NCBI GenBank assembly: GCA_016936615.1
Contig: JAFGXN010000131.1
Span: 1 to 60,169, forward strand
Length of the DNA stretch: 60,169 bases
Source: Spirochaetales bacterium
Lineage (GTDB): Bacteria > Spirochaetota > Spirochaetia > JAFGXN01
Reading direction: 5' to 3'
Under the pieces are notes generated by a model. It did not search any database. It was not told the DNA's origin and saw only the letters and a list, made by a program, of their open reading frames with translations. How positions within the stretch are numbered: position 1 is the first letter of the stretch; each line of letters opens with the position of its first letter. Shown in pieces: positions 37,944-47,887 of this stretch. A program made the position numbers and the translations under genes.

Positions 37944-37972
37944 TTTACAAATAAATAACTAAAAACTATAAT
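37944..37972 (+). promoter_or_regulatory. sigma70-type promoter positioned for a leaderless mRNA
   Basis: TTTACA-N17-TATAAT-N6-ATG(37979); no SD. Confidence 0.7.
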
Positions 37973-37978
37973 AGATAC

Positions 37979-38803
37979 ATGACAATAAAGACTCGAAACA
38001 TACTTTTGATATCTCTTTTGATAGTTACAATCTTTCCTATATCACTATACCTTTATTCTTCGATCTTCTTGTTGTCAGAATTGAACAACAGTGTCTTCGA
38101 ATTTTTCTATCCTGAGCTTGCTACACGCCCAGTAAAATATCTAATATTCTCAACTGGGGTGATGTTGCTCTACAGCGTGGTATCAAGTATTGTAACTTTT
38201 TTCTATTTCAGACGAACTGCATCTACTGAGATTTTCTTCTTTCTTTGCTTCCTCGCAACAATCTCATTCGAAGCACTCAAACCTTTTTCTGCCTCTTTCA
38301 TTGCGGCAAACATGGCAGACTACTACATCCTTATTTTTTCAAAACTCATCTATTTCGGTTATCTGCTTGGCTCATCCTTCCTTCTGATAGGAGCCTTCTT
38401 CTCAAAAGGTATAGACTACAAGAAAAACGAGTTAATCTTTGCCCTAATCACCATAACAATACTCTACATGGTCCTTAAAATACCATTCTACTCTATGGAA
38501 AATTTTGATAACAACTTTATATTCAGCCCATCTCTCAAAAATGAATTATTCATAGGAAGCATCTTGGCAGTTGTCTCTGGCGCTATTATCTATCTTCATT
38601 CAGGAATTAAACAGGCAAACAAAGATTTAATCCTTGCCGGAGTCGGCTATATAATGTTGATAACTTCAAGAGAGCTAATATTACAACTCCCCAACTTCAA
38701 CTCTGTGTATGTACCAACAATATTCTTACTACTACAAATTCCACTGATCCTCGGAACCTTTCTATTTGTAAAAAAAATCCACAATATTTATTTGTGGTAC
38801 TAA
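37979..38803 (+). CDS. polytopic membrane protein, unknown function
   Basis: About 8 hydrophobic segments in 274 aa. Confidence 0.7.
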   Translation: MTIKTRNILLISLLIVTIFPISLYLYSSIFLLSELNNSVFEFFYPELATRPVKYLIFSTGVMLLYSVVSSIVTFFYFRRTASTEIFFFLCFLATISFEALKPFSASFIAANMADYYILIFSKLIYFGYLLGSSFLLIGAFFSKGIDYKKNELIFALITITILYMVLKIPFYSMENFDNNFIFSPSLKNELFIGSILAVVSGAIIYLHSGIKQANKDLILAGVGYIMLITSRELILQLPNFNSVYVPTIFLLLQIPLILGTFLFVKKIHNIYLWY

Positions 38804-38863
38804 TTTGCAATCCCTACCTATTTTGTCTAAAATTTGACATATATAGAAATAAGGGGATACCAG

Positions 38864-40669
38864 ATGAAGGGATTCAAAAAAATTAAGACAAGAATGATTG
38901 TCCTATTTGGAGGAATATCAACAATTCTTCTAATTGTGTTTTCAATAGTAATTATCACTCTCGTAGCAAGAGTACAAAACAAGATAGTTAACGAGCTTTC
39001 TACTGAAATCTCGAAGGCAAGAGGAGCAGAGGTAGAGAAGTGGCTTGATGGACATCTTAATGAGATGAAAGCCTTTGCCGCTCTCGAAGTAATCAGAGGA
39101 AATAACTTCGAGGAGATTGGTAAATATCTACAACGAAGACACTCGAATCTCAACCCACAACAACTTCAAGTATTCTTCGCAGATCTAGAAGGAAAAGCCA
39201 TAACCTCTTCTGGAGTTCCAGCGAATATTGCAGATAGAGAATACTTCATAGACATCATGAAAAAAGGGAAAAAGTCGACAGTAAGCCAAGCAATTAAAAG
39301 TCGTGCCTCTGATAATATCGTGGTAGTTGTAGCTACTGAAGTCCTAGATTTTAACGGAAACAGAATAGGAATAATAGGAACAACAATATCTACAGAAAGC
39401 CTCTCTGAGGTTGTAAACAGCATGGTCTACCGCGGAGAAAATGTTGGATCAATAATTGATGGAAACGGTTGGGTAGTTGCCCACGCAAAAGAAGAGATGA
39501 TCATGACAATAAACTTTCTCGATGCAGAAGGATACACAGATTTAGAAATTATTGGAAACGATATTGTAAAAGGAATAGCTGGCAACAAGGAATTTATCCG
39601 CCCAAGCGGAGAGAGAGTAGATGCAATCTATGCACCAATACCGAATACTCCAAACTGGGCAGTTGCATACCTTATCCCACACAAAGCACTAAGCAGCGAT
39701 TTAAACAAACTCATCACAATAGTTTTAATTATTGTCCTTTTTATGATCCTCGGAATTATAATACTTGCAATAACTATTTCAAATATAATCTCCCGCCCAA
39801 TACTTAATGCAGTGAAGATTGCTGAATCTCTCTCAACAGGGGATATAAACTTTTCTATTGCAAAAAAAGATCTCAAACGGCAAGATGAGATAGGAACTCT
39901 ATCGGTAGCATTCCAGAAGCTCAAAACAAAGCTAAACAACGTTGTTAAAAATATACAAAATGCAGTAAGCGAGGTATCTAAAGGTAGCCACGAGGTCAAT
40001 AGCTCAGCACAAGAGATGTCGATGGGTGCTAGTGAACAAGCAAGCTCGACAGAGGAAATTTCAGCTTCAATGGAGCAGATGAGTGCTAGCATAAAGCAAA
40101 ACAGCCAAAATGCAGCAGAGACTGAAGCTATAGCAAAAGACTCAGCACACAATGCGGAAAAAGGTGGGGAAGCAGTAGATAAGACTGTGAATGCAATGAT
40201 TCAAATTGCTGACAAGATCACGATAATCGAAGAGATAGCACGAAACACCAATCTGCTAGCCTTGAATGCAGCTATCGAGGCAGCACGAGCAGGCGAGCAG
40301 GGGCGGGGATTCTCTGTAGTTGCTTCAGAGGTGAGAAAACTCGCTGAACGAAGCCAGAAGGCTGCAGGAGAAATCAAGGAGTTGTCGACCGACAGCGTAG
40401 CAATAGCAAAGAAGGCAGGGGAGATGCTCTCTCTTATAGTTCCGGATATCAAGAAAACTGCAGATCTAGTCCAAGAGATAAATTCTGCAAGTTCAGAACA
40501 ATCAGCTGGATCAGACCAGATTAACAGTGCAATACTACAACTTGATAAAGTTGTTCAGCAGAACGCAGCAGCATCCGAGGAGATGGCTGCAATGGCAGAG
40601 AGCCTCTCAGATCAGTCAGAATCATTACAGAAGATAATGCTATTCTTCAAAACTGATGAAAATAAATAA
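38864..40669 (+). CDS. methyl-accepting chemotaxis protein (dCache-HAMP-MA)
   Basis: TM-periplasmic Cache (ADREYF)-[50 protein letters not shown]; start moved to ATG 38864. Confidence 0.95.
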   Translation: MKGFKKIKTRMIVLFGGISTILLIVFSIVIITLVARVQNKIVNELSTEISKARGAEVEKWLDGHLNEMKAFAALEVIRGNNFEEIGKYLQRRHSNLNPQQLQVFFADLEGKAITSSGVPANIADREYFIDIMKKGKKSTVSQAIKSRASDNIVVVVATEVLDFNGNRIGIIGTTISTESLSEVVNSMVYRGENVGSIIDGNGWVVAHAKEEMIMTINFLDAEGYTDLEIIGNDIVKGIAGNKEFIRPSGERVDAIYAPIPNTPNWAVAYLIPHKALSSDLNKLITIVLIIVLFMILGIIILAITISNIISRPILNAVKIAESLSTGDINFSIAKKDLKRQDEIGTLSVAFQKLKTKLNNVVKNIQNAVSEVSKGSHEVNSSAQEMSMGASEQASSTEEISASMEQMSASIKQNSQNAAETEAIAKDSAHNAEKGGEAVDKTVNAMIQIADKITIIEEIARNTNLLALNAAIEAARAGEQGRGFSVVASEVRKLAERSQKAAGEIKELSTDSVAIAKKAGEMLSLIVPDIKKTADLVQEINSASSEQSAGSDQINSAILQLDKVVQQNAAASEEMAAMAESLSDQSESLQKIMLFFKTDENK

Positions 40670-40676
40670 TAAGCAC

Positions 40677-40706
40677 AAAAAAGGGAAGACAAAGCGCTTC
40701 CCTTTT
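40677..40706. terminator. bidirectional terminator between mcp and lgt
   Basis: AAAAAAGGGAAG...CTTCCCTTTT. Confidence 0.75.
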
Positions 40707-40709
40707 ATT

Positions 40710-41846
40710 TTATTTTTTCTTATTACTCTTTTTCTTAGGTTCACTCTTAGAATTATTTGAAGACTCTTTTACAACTTCAAGCAACTTCTGAGTCAATGTT
40801 GGCTTCTTAGGCTTCTCGGTAGTATCTGCACCAGGAAGATAGACACTAGCAACATCCAACCCCTTAAGCCTATCACGTTTGTCCATATACTTAAATATAA
40901 AATACAAGACGACACCAGCAACAACCATCAAGAAACACAATATCTGCCCCATTGAAAAATTCAAAAACGACTCTAACAAGGCAGGATTATCCTTAGATGG
41001 GAAAAATTTAATAATATATCCAAGTCCCTCATCAGGCTCTCTGTAATACTCAATCACAAATCTAATAACACCATAAAGCGCTACATACATAGAAGCAACA
41101 GCGCCATCAAACTTCTTGAATCTCTTGACAATAAACCAGAGAATCAGCCACAAGAAGATCCCCTCGAAGAATGCCTCGTATAACTGCGAAGGATGTCTTG
41201 GCAAAAAGAAAACCTCTCGACCATAATGATAGACTGACTCAATGTTAAACTTCGCCGCTAACTCCTTAGCCCAAGGTTGATAAGCATCAGTAGAAGCACC
41301 AGGAAAAACCATTCCAAAACCAGTCCTTGAAACCTTTCCCCAAAGCTCAGCATTTATAAAATTCCCCAATCTACCAAAGGTATACCCAAGAGGAATCCCT
41401 GCACAAGCCATATCTACAATACGTCTAAACTTCAACTTATTTCGCCAGCAATAATACAAAAATCCAAGAGCGCCACCAACAACTCCACCATGAAAGCTCA
41501 TACCTTGCAACCCAACCAATTTACCATCGCGAAATGGCCAAAAGATAAGCCACGGACGAGTCAAATAATAGGTCGAACCCTCATATATGATTACAGAAAA
41601 AAGCCTAGCACCAAGAAGCAGACCAATAATACAAGCAAAGAAGACACCCGAACTATGAGTCTCTGTCAGCTTAATCTCCGCCCTCTTGTTCTGTAGCTTA
41701 AACAATCCATAAGCAATAGAAAACGCAACAATATACATCATTCCGTACCATCGAATATTACCAAGAAAGCCAAGAAGGCCCTCTTTACCTGACCACCAAA
41801 AAAATATCTCTGGGTGTATCCACTCTGGGAATTTTACATATAACAT
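40710..41846 (-). CDS. lgt: prolipoprotein diacylglyceryl transferase
   Basis: IRWYGMMY, GARL, GMSFHGG, GRLGNFINAELWG, RHPSQLYE, RF.IE..REPD. Confidence 0.96.
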   Translation of the reverse strand: MLYVKFPEWIHPEIFFWWSGKEGLLGFLGNIRWYGMMYIVAFSIAYGLFKLQNKRAEIKLTETHSSGVFFACIIGLLLGARLFSVIIYEGSTYYLTRPWLIFWPFRDGKLVGLQGMSFHGGVVGGALGFLYYCWRNKLKFRRIVDMACAGIPLGYTFGRLGNFINAELWGKVSRTGFGMVFPGASTDAYQPWAKELAAKFNIESVYHYGREVFFLPRHPSQLYEAFFEGIFLWLILWFIVKRFKKFDGAVASMYVALYGVIRFVIEYYREPDEGLGYIIKFFPSKDNPALLESFLNFSMGQILCFLMVVAGVVLYFIFKYMDKRDRLKGLDVASVYLPGADTTEKPKKPTLTQKLLEVVKESSNNSKSEPKKKSNKKK

Positions 41847-41874
41847 CACAACTCCTCACAAGATTAAATCTTCT

Positions 41875-43017
41875 CTATAATTTATACCCTGAATTCACAG
41901 CTTTTACAAGCTTTCGTTTTATTAACATATTCTCTTTTTTTAAACTATTTATCTCAAATTGCTGAGTCCTGATTGTCTCAAGCAAATCTCCCTCTGTCAA
42001 TGCTCCAGTATTAAGCAAATCCTTAATCTCCGCAATCCTAAGATCAAAATCATTACTTGCCTCTTCATTCGCAATCTGATAACTATCCTCAATAGCCTCG
42101 TAATCAAAATCCTCTTCAGATAAAGGTGACAGCTGCACAAGTTTCTCACTAATTCTAAAGATCGCCTGAGAGAGAACAGCTTGTGGCTTATAGACAATAA
42201 TCGGCAACCGCGAAGAGAGAGCAACATCCTGCAAATGATCCTTGTAGATTACCCCTAAGTGCTCCATATCAACACCAAGATACTCCCGACATGAGACCCT
42301 TAACTTCTGAGCCTTAAAACTATCCTTTGGATCATCAATCATATTAAAGACAAGCCGCGGACAAAAAACCTTAAACCTCTTATCAAATTTTTCATAACCC
42401 TTAGGATCTTTTGCCTTCAGAATCTCTAGCAATCTCGGCACATACAATCTCTGCAAAGAGTTCCCATCTTTCTGAAGATGCTCAAGATAGGCGGTTGCTG
42501 GACTTTTCTGCCCAAAAGAGGTGGAAATAAGGCGAAAAACAATGTTTTTCAAAAAAAGATAAGCATTCAAGGTAGCGGTCAAAGATGGCGTTGTAACAAT
42601 CACCCCCTCAGACGAAGCGAGGAAGAGATCAAGAGTATTCATATTTGTCCCAGCCCCCAGGTCAATTATAACAAAGTCAGCCTTGATTCCTTTTAAATCT
42701 TTAAGGATTTTTCTTTTTTCAAAAAACTTAATATTTGCCAGACCAGGAATCTCAGCTTCGCCAGGAAGTAATCTCAGATTTGAATACTCAGTATCAATAA
42801 TAAAATCATTTATATCTGAATCCTTATTCTGCAGATAATGACCTATCCCTGTCGTAACAGAACGAATTCCCAAAATTGTGTGCGCATTGCTTGCTCCAAG
42901 ATCAAGATCCACAAGAACCACACTAAAACCTGCCTGACCAAGCGCAATAGACATGTTAACAGCTAACAATGATTTACCTACTCCGCCCTTTCCACTAGCT
43001 ATTGGAATTATTCTCAT
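41875..43017 (-). CDS. MinD/FlhG-like ATPase with C-terminal extension
   Basis: Deviant Walker A ASGKGGVGKS, VDLDLGASN, IDLGAG. Confidence 0.88.
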   Translation of the reverse strand: MRIIPIASGKGGVGKSLLAVNMSIALGQAGFSVVLVDLDLGASNAHTILGIRSVTTGIGHYLQNKDSDINDFIIDTEYSNLRLLPGEAEIPGLANIKFFEKRKILKDLKGIKADFVIIDLGAGTNMNTLDLFLASSEGVIVTTPSLTATLNAYLFLKNIVFRLISTSFGQKSPATAYLEHLQKDGNSLQRLYVPRLLEILKAKDPKGYEKFDKRFKVFCPRLVFNMIDDPKDSFKAQKLRVSCREYLGVDMEHLGVIYKDHLQDVALSSRLPIIVYKPQAVLSQAIFRISEKLVQLSPLSEEDFDYEAIEDSYQIANEEASNDFDLRIAEIKDLLNTGALTEGDLLETIRTQQFEINSLKKENMLIKRKLVKAVNSGYKL

Positions 43018-43114
43018 AACTTAAACTCCTCAAATTTCTATTTTTTTATAAAAAAAACATCGAAACAATAGACAAAAAGTAATATAATGTCTCATATAGT
43101 ATAGGAGATTTATC

Positions 43115-44545
43115 ATGAAAAATAAAGAACGTTTTTTATGGGCAACAGGAACAATTTTACTTATTTTGACTTTTATAGTCTTTTCAATAAGTTTTACAGT
43201 AAAAAACAACCTAACCCTAACTTCTGCGGAGGACAAACAGGCAGAGGTCAAAGACTACATGCAAGATATGGAGGAAACTTTTAATTTTATATTAGGAAAT
43301 TATGTAGAAGAGGTAGATCCAAAGGTTCTCTACGAAGGCGCGATGTCTGGGCTTTTTGAATCACTAGAAGATCCGCACTCTACTTTTCTTACAGAAAAAG
43401 AGATTCAAGATCTAACAAAGAACACACTTAAGGGAGAGTATGGCGGGGTTGGGCTCTACATCCAGAAGAAAGACCCATCTACTCTTGATGCAAAATCACT
43501 AGAGACAGATAAATTTGTTATAATATCAGCTCCCATCGAGGGAACTCCAGGATTTAAGGCTGGGCTTCATGCACTTGATATGATAACCCACATAGATGAT
43601 GAGCCTGTAGATGAGATTACAATCGATGAGACAGTTAGCAGACTCACAGGGCCAGTCGGAACAGATGTTAAGGTCTCAATATTACGCAAGCCAAATATCA
43701 AATTCGATGTTGTCCTTACTCGGGCAAAGATTGAAGTTCCAACAGTCAAGACTACAATGATAAATGATGATATTTTCTATATCAAGATTATCTCCTGGTC
43801 TGCACATACTCCAGACCGAATCAAAGAGGCTCTCCAAGAGGTTGAAGAGAAGAACATAAAACAAATAATTGTAGATGTGAGGAACAACCCTGGAGGATTA
43901 TTAAACTCTGTAACCAAGATTGCAGATTTTTTCCTATCAAAGGGAAAAATTGTAAGCACAAAGGGCAGAACTGATCAAAGCATCTCAGTTGCAAAGGCCT
44001 ATCCTCAGACAACAATAGTATCAAAAGATGTCAAAGTAGCTGTTCTTATGAATGAGTTTTCAGCATCAGCTTCAGAGATCTTCGCCGGTGCGATGAAAGA
44101 TTCTGGACGAGCCAAGACCTTTGGAACAACCACATACGGCAAAGGCTCAGTACAAATCCCAATGGCAGTGGGGAACACTGGCTACAAGCTAACAACTAGC
44201 CTCTACTACTCACCATCAGGAAGAAAGATTGATAAGCAAGGTGTCGAACCCGACTTCGAGGTAAAAGAGAAGGAACTTAGCGAAGAGGAGATTAACTCAC
44301 TTCAGAAGCTATTTGAGAACAAATATATAGAAAACTTCCTTGAAAAAAACTCTAATCCTTCAGCGTCCAAGATTGATGAGTTCTTAAAGATGTTGCGAAA
44401 CAAAGAGATTATTCTTGAAGAGAGATTGCTACGAAAGCTAATACAGAATGAGATAAATAGAAGCCTAGACTTCCCACCAATTATCGATATTGAGTTCGAT
44501 ATTGTGCTAAGAAGAGCTATGGAATTTCTTGAGACTGGAAAATGA
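43115..44545 (+). CDS. ctpA: S41A carboxy-terminal processing protease
   Basis: PDZ GVGLYI, DVRNNPGGLL, SASASEI, TYGKGSVQ, LTT..YYSPSG. Confidence 0.93.
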   Translation: MKNKERFLWATGTILLILTFIVFSISFTVKNNLTLTSAEDKQAEVKDYMQDMEETFNFILGNYVEEVDPKVLYEGAMSGLFESLEDPHSTFLTEKEIQDLTKNTLKGEYGGVGLYIQKKDPSTLDAKSLETDKFVIISAPIEGTPGFKAGLHALDMITHIDDEPVDEITIDETVSRLTGPVGTDVKVSILRKPNIKFDVVLTRAKIEVPTVKTTMINDDIFYIKIISWSAHTPDRIKEALQEVEEKNIKQIIVDVRNNPGGLLNSVTKIADFFLSKGKIVSTKGRTDQSISVAKAYPQTTIVSKDVKVAVLMNEFSASASEIFAGAMKDSGRAKTFGTTTYGKGSVQIPMAVGNTGYKLTTSLYYSPSGRKIDKQGVEPDFEVKEKELSEEEINSLQKLFENKYIENFLEKNSNPSASKIDEFLKMLRNKEIILEERLLRKLIQNEINRSLDFPPIIDIEFDIVLRRAMEFLETGK

Positions 44546-45288
44546 AACAATTTGTTCTAAAATTCGAGTGCGAACAACCTAAAGGCACCTTCTCACTGAC
44601 ACGAAGAGAGTATAACTATCTGATAAATGTGAGAAGGATGCAAAAAGGCGACAAGATAAAGGCTCTTGACCAAAAGAATCAAGAGCTAGCACTCGAAATT
44701 CTCTCTATAGATGACCAAGAAGCTCTATGCAGCTGGGAAATTATCAAAAAAGAGATAGTCCAACCAGAGATTGAGAAGATTATGATTTTTTCTCTACTAA
44801 AAGGCAAAAAAAACGAACAAGTAATACGGCAAGCTGTCGAGACCGGAGTAACAAAGATAATTCCAGTAGTTTCGAGATACTCAATCTCACAACCTGAGCG
44901 CAAAGATCTTGAGAAAAAACAAGAAAAATGGGAAACAGTGATAACTGAAGCAGTCCAACAATCTGGCCGGCCTGATATTCCAACCATTGAGGCTATCATC
45001 CCGATCGAGAAAATCAAAGATTTTCTCAATTTTGACCATACAGCCCTGTTTTTTCACCAAGAAAAGCTTGAAGAAATCCCAATATCAAGTAAAATAACAG
45101 CAGGCAGACCAACTGTCTTTGCGATCGGTCCTGAAGGCGGATTTTCAGAAGATGAGATAGAGATGTTCTTGAACCTCGGATTTATCCCAACTTTTTTGCA
45201 AACACCAGTGATGAGAGCAGAGACTGCAGCAGTTGCAGCCTCAATAATGATAACAACAATTGCATCGGAGACGAAAAGTGGAAAATAA
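44542..45288 (+). CDS. rsmE: 16S rRNA m3U1498 methyltransferase
   Basis: NVRRM, AVETGV..I.P, EAVQQSGR, IGPEGGF, MRAETA. Confidence 0.92.
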   Translation: MKQFVLKFECEQPKGTFSLTRREYNYLINVRRMQKGDKIKALDQKNQELALEILSIDDQEALCSWEIIKKEIVQPEIEKIMIFSLLKGKKNEQVIRQAVETGVTKIIPVVSRYSISQPERKDLEKKQEKWETVITEAVQQSGRPDIPTIEAIIPIEKIKDFLNFDHTALFFHQEKLEEIPISSKITAGRPTVFAIGPEGGFSEDEIEMFLNLGFIPTFLQTPVMRAETAAVAASIMITTIASETKSGK

Positions 45289-46012
45289 CTCAAACACAAA
45301 CGAATTTAACACAGGCATAATTAAGATAACAAATATAGCAGAGATGGAGTTCAAGAAATTCATATTATCGAAGATTGAGAGCAATACGAGATTTTCCTGT
45401 ATATTTTTAGACTCCTCAACAATAACACGAGCAATGTTCAGCAAGAAGTACAGAGATTTTGTTAACAGTTGCGATTTAGTAATTCCAACAACTCAGATTG
45501 TGAAGATGATAAACAAAAAAGTACCAATTGAGACCTACTCAGAATTTGACTTTTGTATCAAGGCCCTTGCCACAGCAGAGGAGAAACGAAAATCGTCGTT
45601 TATCCTAGGCGGAGACAAGCTAACCATCAAGAAGGCCTACAACAATCTATGCTCAACCTTCCCAGATTTGAAGGTTCTCGGAATGTACAAAGGCAACCTG
45701 AGCAACAAAGAAGAAGCCCACACAATCCTCGCAATCAAAAAGGCAGCACCGACAATCCTGATAGCAGGAAAGAGCCTTCCCAAGAATGAAAAATGGCTAC
45801 AACTACACAAAGAAGAGTTCAATCCCGGCATTTTCATATACACCCCAGAGACCTTCTCAATAATGACTGGGGAACGAAGCAACAAAGCAAAGAAAAAAAA
45901 CAAATTCATCCTCAGCATGAAATACTTAATTCTGCCTCATCTCTGGGTCAAAGGGCTAATCTTACTGATTTTCCTAGCCAAAGCAAAGAAATTTATCAAG
46001 AAAGGGTGTTGA
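45278..46012 (+). CDS. WecB/TagA/CpsF family glycosyltransferase (divergent)
   Basis: CDLVIP, FILGG, FPDLKVLGMYKG, IKKAAPTILIAG; probable GTG start at 45278. Confidence 0.7.
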   Translation: MENNSNTNEFNTGIIKITNIAEMEFKKFILSKIESNTRFSCIFLDSSTITRAMFSKKYRDFVNSCDLVIPTTQIVKMINKKVPIETYSEFDFCIKALATAEEKRKSSFILGGDKLTIKKAYNNLCSTFPDLKVLGMYKGNLSNKEEAHTILAIKKAAPTILIAGKSLPKNEKWLQLHKEEFNPGIFIYTPETFSIMTGERSNKAKKKNKFILSMKYLILPHLWVKGLILLIFLAKAKKFIKKGC

Positions 46013-46013
46013 A

Positions 46014-46667
46014 ATGAAAGCAAAAGGAATAATATTTGACTTCAATGGAACAATGTTCTGGGATTCTGAATACCAGATATCAGCATGGGATAAGTATTTA
46101 GCGAAAAATAAATTACAAATGACAGCGTCTGAAAAAGAAGAATATATCCATGGAAGGAATTGCAGAGATACATTTGAATTTCTTTTCAAGCGAACAATTT
46201 CTGACAACGAGCTAGATTATTTAATAGAACAAAAAGAGATAATCTATAGAAATGAATGCATGAAACACAAAATGATACTAGCTCCAGGCTTAGAATCTCT
46301 CCTAATATTTTTAAAAGATAATGATATAAAAATTGCTATCGCAACTGCAGCTGGCAAAAAGAATGTCGAATTCTTTATCGAAAAATTTAATTTACTGAAT
46401 TTTTTTGAAAGAAAAAACATAATATATGATGACGGAAAAATTAAAGGAAAACCACACCCAGATCTATTTAACAAGGCTGCCGAATCTCTCAACATCTGTA
46501 AGAACGAAATAATTATCTTCGAAGATTCAAAATCTGGAATTGAAGCTGCTAGAAAATCTGGCGCAGGTAAAATAATAGTTGTGAACTCAGCTAGAGTAAA
46601 TTTTAAGACAGAAGATTTAGAAACTATAAATGATTTTAACCAATTCGATAGGAATTTGGTTATATAA
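46014..46667 (+). CDS. HAD family phosphatase (beta-PGM-like)
   Basis: IFDFNGT, IAT, GKPHPD, FEDS..GI.AA. Confidence 0.9.
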   Translation: MKAKGIIFDFNGTMFWDSEYQISAWDKYLAKNKLQMTASEKEEYIHGRNCRDTFEFLFKRTISDNELDYLIEQKEIIYRNECMKHKMILAPGLESLLIFLKDNDIKIAIATAAGKKNVEFFIEKFNLLNFFERKNIIYDDGKIKGKPHPDLFNKAAESLNICKNEIIIFEDSKSGIEAARKSGAGKIIVVNSARVNFKTEDLETINDFNQFDRNLVI

Positions 46668-46700
46668 GCTAAAGATTCAAGGATTTTCACGCTAAAACTC

Positions 46701-47148
46701 TGTCAAGCGCAAGCGAAATTGTCTTTAATATGTTGTTCTTAATTTGAATTAAGAAAGAAGAGGTTGAATCGCCCGCTACGCTCGATTAACACAGATGAAC
46801 GCAGATAATATGGGAGAGGTTTTTGTAGGTATGTTTTGCCACCTATGTTTTAATGGTAATTTGTTGCCTTTTGATTTACCTATGTTTTTTGTGAAAAATA
46901 CCCAGAGCAAGCCTTGGGTCTTAAATGCAGCAAAATCTCTTATTTTTTTAATCAGCCAAACAACATTTCTTCTCAACCCTGATTGTCCTGCTTAGCAGTG
47001 AGTACACTGCCCTGGCAGGACGTATTAGTTCATTCTGAACTAATCCCCTGCGTTAATCTGCGTCCATCTAGCAGCGAAGCTGCGGGCGGTTAAAATCTCT
47101 TCTAAAAAACTATTATAACACATAAGACATTTTCCCTTTCGTTAGACA
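46701..47148. mobile_element. putative non-autonomous inverted-repeat element (MITE-like relic)
   Basis: Degenerate ~100-bp inverted arms beginning TGTC and ending GACA; flanked by near-identical 19-bp direct repeats at 46683-46701 and 47158-47176; no transposase inside. Confidence 0.5.
46985..47044. repeat. fourth copy of the REP-like double-hairpin repeat
   Basis: GTCCTGCTTAGCAGTG-AGTA-CACTGCCCTGGCAGGAC then ATTAGTTCA-TTC-TGAACTAAT. Confidence 0.85.
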
Positions 47149-47224
47149 ATAACATAAATTTTCACATTAAAACTCTTGACAAAACCTTAAAATTAGAACT
47201 AAACTCAACTAAGGAAGTTAGGCT

Positions 47225-47839
47225 ATGCAAACAAAAAAAGACAAGACTTACTCATCAATAATGATCACAGCTAGACAAGAATTTCTCAAGAACGGGTTCA
47301 AGCAATCCAGCATGAGAACTATTGCGGAGAAGGCAGAGGTTGGACTTAGTAATATCTACAACTACTTTGCAAACAAGGATCAGATCTTTGAAGAGATCCT
47401 TGCGCCAGCCATCAGAGAGTTAAAATATCTGCAAAATCAACACAACTGCGAAGAGAATCTAAGCATAGATATCTTCACTTCAATAGAATGCCTTGAAAAG
47501 CAGACAAAAACCTATGCAGATTTGATAACAAGGTACAAAGATGAGATAAATCTTCTTTTTTATGGTGCAAACAGCTCTAAACTTGAAAATTTCAAAGAAG
47601 AATACATTAACAACCACACGAAGATTGGGCTTGAATACATGACCTTGATGAAAGAGAAATTTCCGGAGCTAAACATCGAGGTTACAGACTTTTTTATTCA
47701 TACAATGAGCTCTTGGTGGATAGGAATAATGGGCGAACTAGCAATGCACGATCTTAGCAGCGAGGAACTTGAGAAGTTCATATACGAATACCTTGAATTC
47801 TCAACTGCTGGCTGGAAAAAAGTGATGAATGTTAAATAA
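47225..47839 (+). CDS. TetR/AcrR family regulator
   Basis: ARQEFLKNGFKQSSMRTIAEKAEVGLSNIYNYFANKDQIF HTH. Confidence 0.93.
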   Translation: MQTKKDKTYSSIMITARQEFLKNGFKQSSMRTIAEKAEVGLSNIYNYFANKDQIFEEILAPAIRELKYLQNQHNCEENLSIDIFTSIECLEKQTKTYADLITRYKDEINLLFYGANSSKLENFKEEYINNHTKIGLEYMTLMKEKFPELNIEVTDFFIHTMSSWWIGIMGELAMHDLSSEELEKFIYEYLEFSTAGWKKVMNVK

Positions 47840-47857
47840 TTTTTTTTGAACAAAACT

Positions 47858-47868
47858 GAACAATGTTC
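47858..47868. promoter_or_regulatory. short palindrome, possible TetR operator upstream of ABC genes
   Basis: GAACA-A-TGTTC just upstream of the AGGAGG RBS. Confidence 0.4.
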
Positions 47869-47887
47869 TTTTTTAGGAGGTTAATAC

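Noticed and set aside
39628-40452. Long antisense ORFs opposite the MCP gene, and similar ones opposite fusA, ald, the M16 peptidase and pheT
   Set aside because: Expected antisense shadows of biased codon usage; no RBS or motifs
46776-46995. Two overlapping 66-aa ORFs inside the inverted-repeat element
   Set aside because: No recognisable domain; their ends derive from the repeat arms; not supportable as genes or as a toxin-antitoxin pair
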